Part shown: one piece after another, positions 32,223 to 41,479 of the stretch
Numbering within the stretch: the stretch's first letter is position 1
How the letters are laid out: every line of letters begins with the position of its first letter
Source of the DNA: an uncultured Actinomycetes bacterium
GTDB taxonomy: Bacteria; Actinomycetota; Thermoleophilia; UBA2241
DNA: 64,000 bases
NCBI GenBank assembly: GCA_963725665.1
Contig: CAVRZA010000002.1
Location: forward strand, 224,001 to 288,000
Direction of reading: 5' to 3'
The notes under the pieces: generated by a model
What the model saw: the letters and a program-made list of their open reading frames with translations, nothing else
Told to the model about the DNA's origin: nothing
Databases searched by the model: none
Position numbers and translations under genes: made by a program

Positions 32223-32405
32223 GTGCCGAGTCCGCGGCGGATCAGGTGGATAGGGATCGTCGTGTCGGCTGCGCTCTACGTGCTGCTCGTCGGCGTCGGT
32301 CTGCTCCTCTTCGGCGGCTGGCACCTCTGGTGGCCGTTCGTGTCGGCGGCGATCGCCGTCGCCGTCGGCTTCCTGGTCGTCTGGCTGCTGTTCCGCGCCA
32401 AGTGA
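32223..32405 (+). CDS. small two-TM membrane protein
   Basis: GAGGAGG RBS, two hydrophobic segments, 60 aa. Confidence 0.55.
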   Translation: MPSPRRIRWIGIVVSAALYVLLVGVGLLLFGGWHLWWPFVSAAIAVAVGFLVVWLLFRAK

Positions 32406-32568
32406 CGCCAGGGACCCGTGCCGCCGGCTTCGGGGCCGGTACGGAGGCGCACGGGCTGACACCCTCGTTCGCCGTTCGATATCCTTGAGCGAGCGGCGGG
32501 ATCGCCGGTCCGGCCTGCGCCGCTCGTTCACCATGTGGAGTGCTCGTCGAGCAGAAGGAGGCAGCCGC

Positions 32569-33976
32569 ATGACCATCCCCCGTCTGTCGATCTGGGACGA
32601 GAACGACTGTCGCCGCGTCCACGAGGCCACTCTCACCGTGCTCGAGACCACCGGCGTCGAGGTCAAGCACGAGCGCGCGCGCGAGCTGCTCGCGGACGCC
32701 GGGGCGCGGGTGGAGGGCACGCGGGTGCGCCTGGGCCGCGAGCTCGTCGCGCGCGCGCTCGAAACGGTGCCACGGCGGTCTCGAATCGCGGCGCGCGGGG
32801 GAGACGGCGAGCTCGACCTCGAGTTGACCGTCGAGAACTCCTACTTCGGCACCGGCTCGGACTGCCTCTTCGTGCGCGACCCGGACTCAGGCGAGCGACG
32901 CCGCGTCCGCGTCGCCGACATCGAGGGCATGGCCGCTCTCAGCGAGAGGCTGCCCAACATCGACTTCGTCATGTCGATGGGTCTCCCCGAAGACGTGGAG
33001 CAGGACGATCGACGACGTGGCCCCGTTCGTGGCCATGCTCAAGGGGACGCGCAAGCCGATCCTCGTGGCCACGCGCGACGCGCGGCCGCTGGCGCTCATG
33101 AAGGAGATGGCCGCGGCCGCCGGCGCCGGCGACAGCTTCGGCGTCTACGCGATGCCGACGCCGCCACTCATGCACGACTTCGAGGGCATGGACAAGCTCA
33201 TCACGTGCGCCGAGCTCGACATCCCGTTGGTGTACGCTCCGGCGCCGAGCGTCGGCGCCACCGCGCCGGCTTCGGTCGGGGCCATCGCCGTCACCGGCAA
33301 CGCCGAGGTGCTCTCGGGTCTCGTCGTGCACCAGCTCGTGAAGGCCGGAGCGCCGTTCGTCTACGGGTGCGGGGTAGGGAAGATGAACATGCGCACCTTC
33401 GTCGACACCTACAACCCGCCGGAGATCTTCGTCGGTCACCAGGCGGAGTCGGACCTCTCGCGCTGGTACGGCCTGCCGAGCTTCGCCTACGCCGGACACT
33501 CCGACTCCAAGCTGCTCGACGAGCAATGGACTGCCGAGGCGGCGTTCTCGACCATGCTCGGCGCTTTGTCGCGCGCCACGCTCCTGCACGACGTCGGCTA
33601 CCTCGAGACGGGGCTGCAGAGCTCATACGAGACCATCCTGATCGGCGACGAGCTGATCGGCTACGCGCGCGCCTTCATGAAGGGGCTGACGACGGACGAC
33701 GAGACGCTGGCCCTCGACGAGATCATGACCGTGGGGCCGGGCGGCGATCACCTGGGGCGCAAGTACACGCGGCAGCACCACCGCGACTTCTGGCAGGCGG
33801 GATTGTGCGATCAGCGCATCTACGACCGCTGGCTCGAGGATGGGGCAAAGACCATGAAGCAGAGGGCGAAGGAGCGCGTCGCCGAGCTGCGCTCGGAGCC
33901 GCGCTCCTTCGCCCTCGACGACGCCCAGATCGCGCGCCTCGACGAGCTGCTGGCCGAGGTGGCGAAGACGCGCTGA
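32569..33976 (+). CDS. trimethylamine methyltransferase (MttB superfamily), non-pyrrolysine, one frameshift
   Basis: VHEATLTVLETTGV, TAPASVGA...NAEVLSGLV...GAPFVYG, YGLPSFAYAGHSDSK, LHDVGYLE, VGPGGDHL. Confidence 0.88.
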
Positions 33977-33990
33977 CCGGCTCAGAGCGT

Positions 33991-34041
33991 GAGGGGCGGC
34001 GGGGCGGCGGCGCGATCGCGCCGCCGCCCCCGCCGCCCCTC
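33991..34041. terminator. long palindrome between convergent genes
   Basis: GAGGGGCGGCGGGGCGGCGGCGCGA|TCGCGCCGCCGCCCCCGCCGCCCCTC. Confidence 0.6.
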
Positions 34042-34052
34042 GCTCACGGGCG

Positions 34053-34521
34053 TCAGTGCGGCGGGTGCGACCAGTCGACCGGCCCGACCGTGAAGCGGTA
34101 CTCGAGCCGGGCGAGCACGGTGCGCCAGGCGCGCGTGAAGTAGTGGAAGACGTCGTCCCACTGGTCGCCTTCGCGCCAGCCGAGATGGGTGAGGGCGACC
34201 CTGATGCGACGCGGCGCGACCTGCTCGAACTGCACGACGACCCATGTCTTCTGACCGCGCACCTGCGGGTACTCCGGCGGCGCGGTCCACGTGAACGAGA
34301 GCATCTCCTCGGGCACGTAGCTGAGGATCTTCATGCCCTCGCTGCCGCGTAGGCCCTTCGGCGCCTCGGGGTCGAAGTAGGCTTCGAAGGGGCCCCCGAG
34401 GCGCAGCTCCACCCTGGCCTTCGGGGCGAGGAAGCTCTGCAGGCCCATCGACGGTGGTCCACGTCTCCCACGCCTCGAGCGGTGTCGCCTCGATGGTCAC
34501 GCCGTCGCGGATCGCCTTCAC
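34053..34521 (-). CDS. SRPBCC/AHSA1 domain protein (frameshifted)
   Basis: AWETWTT..GLQSF...GSEGMKILSYVPEEMLSFTWTAPP...YFTRAW. Confidence 0.82.
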
Positions 34522-34603
34522 CGTGCCTCCGTGTCCGGTCGGAACGACGAACGCTTTCGTCTCAACTGTACCCCGGCGGCAACGACGAGCCGGGAGCTCT
34601 GCG

Positions 34604-34708
34604 GGTCGGCGAGGGGCGGGTCGGCGAGGGGCAACTCCGCGGTCGGCGAACGGCAACTCCGCAGGTCGGCGAGCGCCAACTCCGCAGGTCGGCGAGCGCC
34701 AACCCCGC
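34604..34708. repeat. ~23-bp degenerate tandem repeat (4-5 copies)
   Basis: Unit GGTCGGCGAGCGCCAACTCCGCA at about 34619, 34641, 34664 and 34687, plus a partial copy at 34604. Confidence 0.8.
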
Positions 34709-34769
34709 GAGCCGGCAGCCTCAACGTCCTGACTGCCTGTGTTTCGCCCCCGGACACCGCGGTATAAAC

Positions 34770-34784
34770 TGAAAATGGTTTTCA
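34770..34784. promoter_or_regulatory. Zur/Fur-family box
   Basis: Palindrome TGAAAA-TGG-TTTTCA directly after TATAAA, upstream of a Fur-family gene; matches the actinobacterial Zur box pattern. Confidence 0.75.
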
Positions 34785-34800
34785 AGAAGGCCGCGATCGC

Positions 34801-35325
34801 GTGGTCTGTGGGGGTGACGGCTTGGGCGAGACGAGAGCGACGGCGGCCGGCGTGACCGGCGCCGCCATCGGCGGCATCGACGCGACGGGCGGCAAGACGG
34901 CCGCCGGACCGAGGCGCGCGACGCGCTCGAGGCGGGCGATCGCCGAGGCGATCGCCCGCCTCGAGCGCTCCGTCAGCGCCCGCGAGCTGCACGACGTGGT
35001 CTGCGCTCAGGGGCCCTCCGTGGGCCTCACGACCGTCTACCGCACGCTCGCGTTGCTCCTGGCTGAGGGCCGCGTGCGCGAGGCGGGCCGGCGAGACGGC
35101 GAGATGCTCTACAACGCCTGCACCGTGACCGGCCATCACCATCACCTCGTCTGCGAGCGCTGCGGCACGGTCGAGGAGAGCAGCGTCTGCCGCTGCGATG
35201 AGCTCGGGCTCGAGCTGGGTGAGTCGCACGGGTTCGTGCTCTCCCACGCGGCGGAGACCTACTACGGGCTGTGCGCCGAGTGCGCCGACGCCGCCGCCCG
35301 GTCGAGCGGGAAGAGGGGCCGGTGA
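34801..35325 (+). CDS. Fur family regulator (Zur-like)
   Basis: GLTTVYRTL, HHHHLVCERCG, YGLCAEC. Start uncertain. Confidence 0.88.
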   Translation: MVCGGDGLGETRATAAGVTGAAIGGIDATGGKTAAGPRRATRSRRAIAEAIARLERSVSARELHDVVCAQGPSVGLTTVYRTLALLLAEGRVREAGRRDGEMLYNACTVTGHHHHLVCERCGTVEESSVCRCDELGLELGESHGFVLSHAAETYYGLCAECADAAARSSGKRGR

Positions 35326-36092
35326 GCCATATCCACATCCCGGACGGGGTCCTGCCTCTGTGGCTCGTCGGCCTGGGCTGGGCGGTGACGATCGTCCTGC
35401 TGGCCGTGGCGCTGCTCGCCCTGCGGCGAGCCGACCGCGGCCAGCTCATCCCGCAGCTCGGCATCGTCTCGGCGCTGCTCGTCGCGGCCATGTCGACCGA
35501 GATCGTGCCCATCGCCTACCACGTCAACCTGACCGTGTTCGGCGGCATCATCCTCGGCCCCGCCGCCGGGTTCCTGGCCGCCTTCATCGTCAACGTCATC
35601 CTGGCGCTCTTCGGCCACGGCGGGGTCACGGTGGTGGGTCTCAACACGCTCGTCATCGGCGCCGAGTGCGTGCTCGGCTACGCGTTCTTCCACCTCCTCG
35701 CGCGGGTGCTGCGGCCGCGCATCGGCCTGGCCGCCGGCCTCGCCACCGTGCTCACCCTCTTCCTCTCGACGAGCCTCTCGGTCGGCATCGTCGCCCTCGC
35801 CAACGTCAACCCGGCACAGGCACGCGACACGGGGGCGCTCAACCCGGCGACGCTCTCGTTCTCCAACCCCTTCAAGGAGGGCCTGCTCGCCAACCGCATC
35901 GTCACGCCCGAGCAGGAGGTGCAGGCGAGCTCGCACATCTCCGTCGCCCGTTTCGCCGTCGTCATCTACGGACTGGGATCGGTCGGCTGGGCGCTGGAGA
36001 GCCTCATCGTCGGTTACCTCGTCGCTTTCGTCGCCCGGGTGCGACCGGGGCTGCTGCGCCACCCCCTGCTTGGAGGGCTCTCGTGGACGTAG
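35322..36092 (+). CDS. ECF transporter S component (CbiM/NikM family)
   Basis: N-terminus (M)SHIHIPDGVL, YHVNL, LFGHGGVTVVGLN. Confidence 0.88.
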   Translation: MSHIHIPDGVLPLWLVGLGWAVTIVLLAVALLALRRADRGQLIPQLGIVSALLVAAMSTEIVPIAYHVNLTVFGGIILGPAAGFLAAFIVNVILALFGHGGVTVVGLNTLVIGAECVLGYAFFHLLARVLRPRIGLAAGLATVLTLFLSTSLSVGIVALANVNPAQARDTGALNPATLSFSNPFKEGLLANRIVTPEQEVQASSHISVARFAVVIYGLGSVGWALESLIVGYLVAFVARVRPGLLRHPLLGGLSWT

Positions 36093-36934
36093 CGACGGTC
36101 GACTACTGGGCTACCTCGGGACGCAGCCGTCTGCACCGCGCCTCGGCGCCGGCGAAGATGCTCGCCGCCGCCGTCTGTCTGGCCGCGGTGGTCGTCCTGC
36201 AGAACCTCTTCGTCGTCCTCGCTCTCTTCTTCCTCATGCTCGCCGCGGCGCGACGGGCCGGCATCCCCGTGGGCAAGTTCAGCCTGGCGGCCCTCTACCC
36301 GGCGCTCTTCGCCTTGCTGTTCGCCATCGCGCAGTTCCACGGCGACTTCATCGTGCCGGCGACGACGATCGCCAAGGCCGTGACGGCCGCCTCGATCGTC
36401 GTCCTGCTCATCGCGACGACGCCCTACCCGCGGCTCTTCGCGGCGTTGCGACCGGTGCTGCCGGCCGTCATCGTCGAGGCCCTGTACATCACCTACCGCT
36501 CGATCTTCATCCTCCTGCGCATCCTGGGAGACGCGTTTACGTCTATGCGCCTGCGCGGCGGCTTCATCGGTGGAGGCGTGCGAGCGCGGCTCAAGAACCT
36601 GGCCGCCGCGCTCGCCTTGGGCGCCGTGTACTCCTTCGACGTGAGCGAGCGCACCTACACGGCCATGCGCCTGCGCGGATACTCGGGACGCATCTCGGGC
36701 GAGGACCCCGGCCACGTGCAGGCAGGTGACGTGCCGCTGCTGCTGGCCGCCGCGCTCGCGAGCGCCGTCGGGTTCCTCTTCCGCTTCGAGTGGCGCGCGC
36801 TCAACCCGTACAGCTGGCTGCCTCTCGCCGTGGCGCTTCTCGTGCTCGCGTTCGCGCTCGCCGTGCCCCTGCGGCCCGGCTCGCGCCCCGCGGCCGTGCA
36901 GCCGTTCACCGAGACGCTGAGGGGCGACCCATGA
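36083..36934 (+). CDS. ECF transporter T component (CbiQ-like)
   Basis: SRLHRASAPAK, ATTPYP, YRSIF, SMRLRGG, AMRLRGY. Confidence 0.85.
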   Translation: MDVATVDYWATSGRSRLHRASAPAKMLAAAVCLAAVVVLQNLFVVLALFFLMLAAARRAGIPVGKFSLAALYPALFALLFAIAQFHGDFIVPATTIAKAVTAASIVVLLIATTPYPRLFAALRPVLPAVIVEALYITYRSIFILLRILGDAFTSMRLRGGFIGGGVRARLKNLAAALALGAVYSFDVSERTYTAMRLRGYSGRISGEDPGHVQAGDVPLLLAAALASAVGFLFRFEWRALNPYSWLPLAVALLVLAFALAVPLRPGSRPAAVQPFTETLRGDP

Positions 36935-37926
36935 GCGGACCGCTCGATAGCGGAGCGCCCGGCAGTGCAGCGCCCGGCGGTGCAGTGCCCGGCATCGCAG
37001 CCCCCGACAGCGGCCCGCCCGATAGTGGAGCCCTCGGCATCGCAGCGCCCGACCTACCCGAGACGGCCGCGCGCATCAGTTGCGTGAAGCATCGCTACGA
37101 GGACGGCTCGAAGGTCGAGCTTTGCGGCCTCGACTTCGTCGTGGGGCGCGGGCGGCGCGTGGCGCTGCTGGGGCCTAACGGCAGCGGCAAGACGACCCTG
37201 CTCTTCCACCTGGTGGGGATACTGCGCCCCTCCGAGGGATCGGTGAGCGTGATGGGCATCGACCCCGCGCACGACTTCGCCAAGGTGCGACGGAGGATCG
37301 GGGTAGTGCTGCAGAACGTCGACGAGCAATTGCTCGCCCCCACGGTCTGGGACGACGTCTCGTTCTCGCCACGCCAGTACGGGCTGCCCACGGAGGAGGT
37401 GCGCGAGCGCACCGAGCGTGCCCTGGATCTGCTGGGGATCGGCCATCTGCGCGACAAGGTGCCGCACTATCTGAGCGGCGGCGAGAAGCGCAAGGTGGCC
37501 ATCGCGGGCGCGCTCGTGCTCGACCCCGAGCTCCTGATCCTTGACGAGCCGTTCGAGGGTCTCGACCCGCGCGCCCGCCGCCAGGTCCTCGACCTTCTGA
37601 ACCGGCAGGTCGCCGAGCGCGGGATGACGATGATCGTCTCCACGCACGACGTCAACTTCGTGCCCGAGATGGCCGACGAGGTCTACGTGCTCGCCCACGG
37701 CGGCCACATCGTGCTGCACGGCTCGCCGCGCGACATCTTCGTGCGCGCCGACCTGCTGCGTGAGTCGAACATCGAGCCGCCGGTGCTCTCGCAGCTCTTC
37801 GAGAACCTGGCGCGTCGCACCGGACGGGAGCTGCCGGCACCGGCGACGATCACAGAGGCGGCCGACGCGCTGGCGCGCCTCGCTGCCGAGGATGGCGGCC
37901 TGGCCGGACCCCGGTCCGAACGGTAG
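36931..37926 (+). CDS. ECF transporter ATPase (CbiO-like)
   Basis: GPNGSGKTT, QNVDEQLLAPTV, LSGGEKRKVA, LDEP; low-complexity repeated N-terminus. Confidence 0.9.
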   Translation: MSGPLDSGAPGSAAPGGAVPGIAAPDSGPPDSGALGIAAPDLPETAARISCVKHRYEDGSKVELCGLDFVVGRGRRVALLGPNGSGKTTLLFHLVGILRPSEGSVSVMGIDPAHDFAKVRRRIGVVLQNVDEQLLAPTVWDDVSFSPRQYGLPTEEVRERTERALDLLGIGHLRDKVPHYLSGGEKRKVAIAGALVLDPELLILDEPFEGLDPRARRQVLDLLNRQVAERGMTMIVSTHDVNFVPEMADEVYVLAHGGHIVLHGSPRDIFVRADLLRESNIEPPVLSQLFENLARRTGRELPAPATITEAADALARLAAEDGGLAGPRSER

Positions 37927-37935
37927 AAGCAGGGC

Positions 37936-38613
37936 TCAGCCGGCGGCGCCGAACGGGCAGACCGCCACGCAGATGCCGCAGATCCCGTGGAACTTCTCGT
38001 TGCCGTCGAGGTGGTGCTCGCAGGCGCGCTCGTCGTAGAGCTCGTCGCGCGCCATGCCGGCCCGCCACTGCACGTCGCGGCCGGCCTCGGCCGGGCAGGC
38101 CTCGACACAGCGCAGGCAGGAGCCGCAGCGGCCGTCGGTCAGCGGCACGCCGACGGGGAGCTCAAGGTCGGTGAACACGGTTGCCAAGCGGAGCTTGGGG
38201 CCCAGCTCGGGTGAGACGAAGAGGGCCGTCTTGCCGATCCATCCGAGCCCCGCTTGCGTGGCCGCGGTCTTGTGCGGGAACACGCCGGCCGCGCCCCAGT
38301 CGTCGACGTCGGCGTCGGCCATCGTGGGGCGCACCCTCTCTGCCTTGTGGCCGGCCAGATGGAGCCACGCCACGAGCGACTCGGTGATCTGGCCGAGGGC
38401 CAGGTTCAATCGGCGGTAGTCGTCGAGGTAGGCCTGGGTGGGTCCGTCCTCGACGCCGGCGAGGGCCGTAGGCTGGAGGCGCATGGCGATCGAGATGGCT
38501 GTCGGGAGCGCCGGCGCGAGAGGGAGCGGCGGGTCATTGGCAGCCACGCCCCAGAGGTCCACTCCCGCCTGCCTCAGGCGTCGCTCGATGTCGCCGACGG
38601 TGATCGTCCCCAT
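37936..38613 (-). CDS. QueG-like 4Fe-4S protein (epoxyqueuosine reductase family)
   Basis: HKTAATQAGLGWIGK, GPKLRLATVFTD, CGSCLRCVEACP, CGICVAVCP. Confidence 0.8.
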   Translation of the reverse strand: MGTITVGDIERRLRQAGVDLWGVAANDPPLPLAPALPTAISIAMRLQPTALAGVEDGPTQAYLDDYRRLNLALGQITESLVAWLHLAGHKAERVRPTMADADVDDWGAAGVFPHKTAATQAGLGWIGKTALFVSPELGPKLRLATVFTDLELPVGVPLTDGRCGSCLRCVEACPAEAGRDVQWRAGMARDELYDERACEHHLDGNEKFHGICGICVAVCPFGAAG

Positions 38614-38775
38614 GCTCCCCCTCTTATCGCGGGTGGCGCGCGTCCTTCTTGAGTCCGTCGCTCCTCAGTCATCCCGGCCTGTACTGCCGGCCGGGTTGAT
38701 TCTACGGCTCGGAGGTGTGCGCAAGAAGCGGTCCGGCAAGCTTCTGCTTCGCCGCCCCGAGACGCCGCGCTCTCG

Positions 38776-41229
38776 TCAGGTCGCCTTGAAGCGCCGCAGA
38801 CGCAGGCTGTTGCTCACCACGGTGACGCTCGAGAGGCCCATGGCGGCGGCGGCCAAGATGGGGTTCAGGAGGATCCCAAAGGCGGGATAGAAGACGCCGG
38901 CGGCGAGCGGTATCAGGGCGACGTTGTAGGCGAAGGCCCAGAAGAGGTTCTGCTTGATCACCTGGATCGTGCGCCGCGAGAGCGCGATCGCGGTCACGAC
39001 GCCGTTCAGGTCGCCGGCGATGAGCGTCACGTCGCTCGCCTCCATGGCGACGTCGGTGCCGGTGCCGATGGCGATGCCCACGTCGGCCCGCGCCAACGCC
39101 GGCGCGTCGTTGATGCCGTCGCCGACCATGGCCACGCGCTTGCCCTCGTCCTGCAGGCGGTGCACCTCGGCCGCCTTCTGGCCGGGCAGCACCTCGGCGA
39201 TCACGTCGTCGACGCCGACCTCGCCGGCGATCGCCTGTGCCGTGCGCCGCTGGTCGCCGGTCAGCATGAGCACCTGGAGGCCCAGCTCGTGCAGGCGGCG
39301 GATCGCCTCGGCCGAGCCGGGCTTGACCGTGTCGGCCACCGCCACGACGCCGGCCGGCCGGCCATCGATGCTCACGTAGATGGCCGTCTTGCCGGCGTCA
39401 GCCAGCAGGCGCGCGTGCTCGCCGGCGCCGTCGAGCGCCGTCGCCCGCTCCGCGAGCAGGCGCTCGTTGCCGGCGAGCACCTCGTGCCCGTCGACGACGG
39501 CGCGGATGCCGTGGCCGGCGACGGCCTCGAAGCGCGCGGCCTCGCCGAGGGCGAGGCCGCGCGCTTCGGCGGCGCGCACCACGGCCTCGCCCAGCGGATG
39601 CTCGGAACCGCGCTCGGCGCTCGCCAGCAGGCGCAGCAGCTCGTCCTCTGTGATCCCGTTGCTGACCACAACGTCGGTCACGGCCGGCCGGCCCTCGGTG
39701 ATTGTGCCTGTCTTGTCGAGCACCACGGTCGTTAGCTTGTGCGCCGTCTCGAGCGACTGGCCGTCGCGGATCAGCACGCCGTTCTCGGCGCCCTTGCCGG
39801 TGCCCACCATGATCGCGGTCGGCGTCGCCAGGCCGAGGGCACAGGGGCAGGCGATGACGAGCACGGCGATGAAGTTGAGCAGCGCGTAGTTGAGCGCCGG
39901 CGAGGGACCCAGCAGGAGCCAGACGATCAGCGTCAGGGTGGCGATGCCGATCACGGCGGGCACGAAGTAGCTGGCGATGACGTCGGCCAGGCGGGCGATG
40001 GGTGGCTTCGACCCCTGGGCCTGCTCAACGAGGCGGATGATCTGCGCCAGGGCCGTCTCGGCGCCGACCTTGGTCGCTCTGAAGGTGAACGAGCCGCTGC
40101 CGTTGACGGTCGCCCCGATGACCTCGTCGCCCTCGTCCTTGCTCACGGGGATGGGCTCGCCGGTGAGCATCGACTCGTCGACCGTCGAGGAGCCGCTCAC
40201 AACGACCCCATCGACGGGGATCTTCTCGCCCGGGCGCACGCGCACGAGGTCGCCGTGACGCACCTCGGCCACCGGCACGTCGGCCTCGACGCCGTCGCGG
40301 ATGACGCGCGCCGTGCGCGCCTGCAGGCCGATGAGCTTCTTGATCGCCTCGCCGGTCTGGCCCTTGGCGCGCGCCTCGAGCATGCGCCCCAGCAGGATCA
40401 GGGTGATGATCAGGGCGGCCGAGTCGAAGTAGCGCGGCATGCCGAGGCCCTGGTGCATGAAGGCGGCGGGGAAGAGGACTCCGAGCGCGCTGTAGACGTA
40501 GGCCGCCGAAGAGCCCATGACGATGAGTGTGTTCATGTTCGTGGAGCCGTGGCGCAGCGCGGCCCAGGCGCCCTTGTAGAACTGCCCACCGACCCAGAAC
40601 TGCACCGGCGTCGCCAGGGCCCAAAGCACCCAGCCGTTCTGCAACCAGGCGGGCACGAAGCTGAACTGCATGCTGCCGAGGAAGATGAACACGGACAAGA
40701 CGGCGCCCACGATGACCTTGCGGCGCAGGGCGAGGTAGGCGCGCCGGCGCGCGAGCTCCTCGTGGTCGACGAGCGCGGCCGCGTCTGCCGACGCGGCCGC
40801 GACGTCCTCGTCGACCTCGTAGCCGGCTCGCGCGACGGCGCGCACGACCTCCTCATGCGTCACCTGGCCGGGAACGTACTCGACCGTCGCCTTCTCGGTG
40901 GCCAGGTTGACCTCGGCCTTCAGCACGCCGGGCACGCGGGCGAGCGCCTTCTCGTTGCGCGCCACGCAGCTCGCGCAGGTCATGCCGCGGATCTTCAGGA
41001 CTTCGGTCTGCGAGGGCACGCCGTAGCCGACCTTCTCGATCGCCTCGCGCAGGTGTTCGAGGTCGACCAACGCGGGGTCGTAGGTGACCGTCGCCCTCTC
41101 GGTGGCGAAGTTCACGTTGGCCTCGCTCACGCCGTCGACCTTGCGCAGCGCCTTCTCGTTGCGCGCCACGCAGGTCGCGCAGGTCATGCCCGTGATGGGG
41201 ATCTCGACTGTCGTTGCGTTGCGGTCCAT
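38776..41229 (-). CDS. copA: Cu(I)-translocating P1B-type ATPase
   Basis: Two GMTCxxC HMA domains, [32 protein letters not shown]...MGLSS. Confidence 0.95.
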   Translation of the reverse strand: MDRNATTVEIPITGMTCATCVARNEKALRKVDGVSEANVNFATERATVTYDPALVDLEHLREAIEKVGYGVPSQTEVLKIRGMTCASCVARNEKALARVPGVLKAEVNLATEKATVEYVPGQVTHEEVVRAVARAGYEVDEDVAAASADAAALVDHEELARRRAYLALRRKVIVGAVLSVFIFLGSMQFSFVPAWLQNGWVLWALATPVQFWVGGQFYKGAWAALRHGSTNMNTLIVMGSSAAYVYSALGVLFPAAFMHQGLGMPRYFDSAALIITLILLGRMLEARAKGQTGEAIKKLIGLQARTARVIRDGVEADVPVAEVRHGDLVRVRPGEKIPVDGVVVSGSSTVDESMLTGEPIPVSKDEGDEVIGATVNGSGSFTFRATKVGAETALAQIIRLVEQAQGSKPPIARLADVIASYFVPAVIGIATLTLIVWLLLGPSPALNYALLNFIAVLVIACPCALGLATPTAIMVGTGKGAENGVLIRDGQSLETAHKLTTVVLDKTGTITEGRPAVTDVVVSNGITEDELLRLLASAERGSEHPLGEAVVRAAEARGLALGEAARFEAVAGHGIRAVVDGHEVLAGNERLLAERATALDGAGEHARLLADAGKTAIYVSIDGRPAGVVAVADTVKPGSAEAIRRLHELGLQVLMLTGDQRRTAQAIAGEVGVDDVIAEVLPGQKAAEVHRLQDEGKRVAMVGDGINDAPALARADVGIAIGTGTDVAMEASDVTLIAGDLNGVVTAIALSRRTIQVIKQNLFWAFAYNVALIPLAAGVFYPAFGILLNPILAAAAMGLSSVTVVSNSLRLRRFKAT

Positions 41230-41288
41230 CGCCTCGTCGTCGGTGCTCCGCCGCCTCGCTGTCAGTGTCGCAGCGTCTCGCCCTCAGT

Positions 41289-41305
41289 ATACCCCTGACG
41301 GGTAT
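41289..41305. promoter_or_regulatory. CsoR-type operator
   Basis: ATACCC-CTGAC-GGGTAT palindrome 60 nt upstream of copA. Confidence 0.7.
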
Positions 41306-41479
41306 GAAAGCGGAGCGGTTGACTCCTATTTTCCGCGAGCGAAACGAGCGCTTACGTGACGCCGCCGGCTCGGCCTGGCGGCTGGTCGCCGGCGCCCCAC
41401 TGCGGGCCGTCGGCGACGAGCAAGGTGCGGCCCGGGTTTCGATGCCCCGCGCCGAAGGTACTAAGATGATGAGAACCTC

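Noticed and set aside
32569-33976. Pyrrolysine recoding in MttB
   Set aside because: There is no in-frame TAG at the expected position; the break near 33010 is a single-base frameshift.
34604-34708. Possible CRISPR array
   Set aside because: Units are directly adjacent with no unique spacers, and there are no cas genes in the window.
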